DNA of 55,921 nucleotides from a virus (Duplodnaviria; Heunggongvirae; Uroviricota; Caudoviricetes): IMG/VR virus record IMGVR_UViG_2541047806_000003, positions 1 to 55,921 of that record; one strand, 5' to 3'. Shown piece by piece: positions 54,511 to 55,921 of this stretch (position 1 is its first letter; each line of letters starts with the position of its first letter). The notes under the pieces were generated by a model. It saw only the letters and a program-made list of their open reading frames with translations, ran no database searches and was not told where the DNA came from. The position numbers and the translations under genes were made by a program.

Positions 54511-54728
54511 TGGATAAGATCGGGACAATACTTATTAATCGTGAGCAAGTGCAAAAAATGTTAGGCGGGCTTAGTAAGTCCGCCTTTTTTAAGCTCGTTA
54601 AAAAATGGAAAGATTCTGGAACTCCTTTTCCTGAACCTGTCAAGGGGATGCCAGCATTAAAGCGCGGCGGATCTCTTTACCGTTATCAGGACGTTATTTC
54701 ATTTTGTAAATCAATGGGCTTCATGTAG
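54510..54728 (+). CDS. AlpA-like HTH regulator / excisionase candidate
   Basis: 72 aa, HTH, adjacent and convergent to integrase. Confidence 0.55.
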   Translation: MDKIGTILINREQVQKMLGGLSKSAFFKLVKKWKDSGTPFPEPVKGMPALKRGGSLYRYQDVISFCKSMGFM

Positions 54729-55885
54729 TAATCAGCCAGTTTATTCATCGCCTCGATTTGTTCCCTCACATAGTCATACTGATCATATATAGCCATCATT
54801 CCCGCCAGTTTATGACCTAAAACCTTTTCGGCTACGTGTGGCGCAATGCCAAGCGCTGAAAGGTTTGTCCTTACAGTGCGGCGCAGATCGTGACATGACC
54901 ACGGCTCGCCGCCCATCCTTAGCATTAAATCCCTTGCAGCTGTTTTCGGCACGCTCCTGTCTACCGCTTCATTCCTTCCAGAAAGCACGGGAACGAAGAT
55001 AAAATTAAAGCCGTGCAAATCCATAGCCTCACGCAATAAATCAACGCTAACTGCGGATAAACCGCGTTTAAACTCGTTTCTGTTCTTACTCAATGCGCCA
55101 GGAACGGTCCACACACAATTATCAAGATCAAAATGCTCGCGTTTTGCGTTTGTTAGTTCGCTTGTTCTGCATCCGGTGAATATAATCAGCTTCATCAATA
55201 TCTGATTTAGCCGCGCCATTTTTGAACTGTCTATAATGCTGATTAGATGGTGAATTTCTTGTATTGATAAAACTCGCTTCCTTTGCGCCGGGTTTTTCCC
55301 TACATCCTTCACGCGTAGCAACGATATGTCGTCACGCTCCACGCGGCGGCGGCGCATGGCATATTTTATAACCGCCTTCATCCTGTTTAAGACTATTCCG
55401 GCCTGAACGGGTGCGCCACCATTAGCAACCTTTCTAAAAATCCCCTCCCACATTATGGCGTCCATATCATCGACGATATAGCTACCGCATGGTCTGACAA
55501 TATGCTTACTTAGCATCGCCTCGACTTGCTTATAGTTGACCATGTTTCTTGCCTGCGGTGATTCCATGTACTCCCTAACAATATCTTCAATCGTTGCCCG
55601 TGTAGTAACGCGGGACAAGTGCATTCTTTTTACGATCGATGGATCTCGCCCTGAGTTTAATACCTCCTTATGCTCCGCCACCGCCGCGCGGGCTTCTTTG
55701 AGTGTTATTTCTCCGTAAGTGCCAATCTTCATCCGTCGCGGCTTGCCGTTGAATCGGTAGCGATACTGAAAAGATATAACGCCGCGCGGGCTTATCCTGG
55801 CAGACAATCCGCCCGCGTCCGGGACTTCTTCCGGGCCGTCATATGGCTTGCCGTGGATGTTTCGTAATTTGGTATCTGTAAGCAT
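54686..55885 (-). CDS. int: Tyrosine integrase (P4-type)
   Basis: C-terminal catalytic motifs HDLRRT and LGH...Y; start taken as MLTDTKLRN at 55885; ORF runs to window edge. Confidence 0.85.
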   Translation of the reverse strand: MLTDTKLRNIHGKPYDGPEEVPDAGGLSARISPRGVISFQYRYRFNGKPRRMKIGTYGEITLKEARAAVAEHKEVLNSGRDPSIVKRMHLSRVTTRATIEDIVREYMESPQARNMVNYKQVEAMLSKHIVRPCGSYIVDDMDAIMWEGIFRKVANGGAPVQAGIVLNRMKAVIKYAMRRRRVERDDISLLRVKDVGKNPAQRKRVLSIQEIHHLISIIDSSKMARLNQILMKLIIFTGCRTSELTNAKREHFDLDNCVWTVPGALSKNRNEFKRGLSAVSVDLLREAMDLHGFNFIFVPVLSGRNEAVDRSVPKTAARDLMLRMGGEPWSCHDLRRTVRTNLSALGIAPHVAEKVLGHKLAGMMAIYDQYDYVREQIEAMNKLADYYMKPIDLQNEITS

Positions 55886-55909
55886 AATTTGGTCACTATT
55901 TGGTACACA
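55886..55909. repeat. Right copy of 24-bp prophage-end repeat AATTTGGTCACTATTTGGTACACA (candidate integrase arm-type/att site)
   Basis: 22/24 identical to 1514-1537; extra AATTTGGTA copy at 55867-55875. Confidence 0.45.
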
Positions 55910-55921
55910 CATTTTATGCAT

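Noticed and set aside
1-55921. Insertion sequences, transposases, antibiotic-resistance or classical toxin genes
   Set aside because: No ORF with recognisable transposase (DDE), resistance or known exotoxin features was seen; the only recombinase is the phage integrase.

Overview
Nearly the whole window (about 1.5-55.9 kb) is one lambdoid, siphovirus-type prophage of roughly 54 kb, sitting next to a C-terminally shortened abgT-family transporter gene (1-1446, +). All calls are by eye from the sequence and ORF translations; no searches were run. Reading the minus strand from high to low coordinate the modules are: integrase (54686-55885) | divergent plus-strand early operon (HTH protein, DnaD-like initiator, two inserted genes, DnaB-like helicase, NinB, AlpA-like) | CI-type repressor (46042-46689) | leftward operon with N-like antiterminator, Erf, SSB, many small ORFs, Dam and C5-like methyltransferases, YhhQ-like transporter, NinG, RusA, a Q-like zinc-finger protein | about 6 kb of some 27 small ORFs | pinholin, SAR endolysin, Rz/Rz1 | an HExxH protein and a tandem mini-ORF array | terminase, portal, head genes | lambda-like tail genes V, G/T, H, M, L, K, I, J and a distal tail fiber. 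The tail module is interrupted four times by plus-strand moron cassettes, each with its own terminator. The most unusual element is a tightly packed array of about ten translationally coupled mini-genes (27196-28024) encoding 14-55 aa hydrophobic peptides, directly downstream of a protein with an HExxH zinc-peptidase-like motif. Other notable points are the accessory insertions in the tail and replication modules, a DNA-modification cluster, and several recurrent intergenic DNA motifs.
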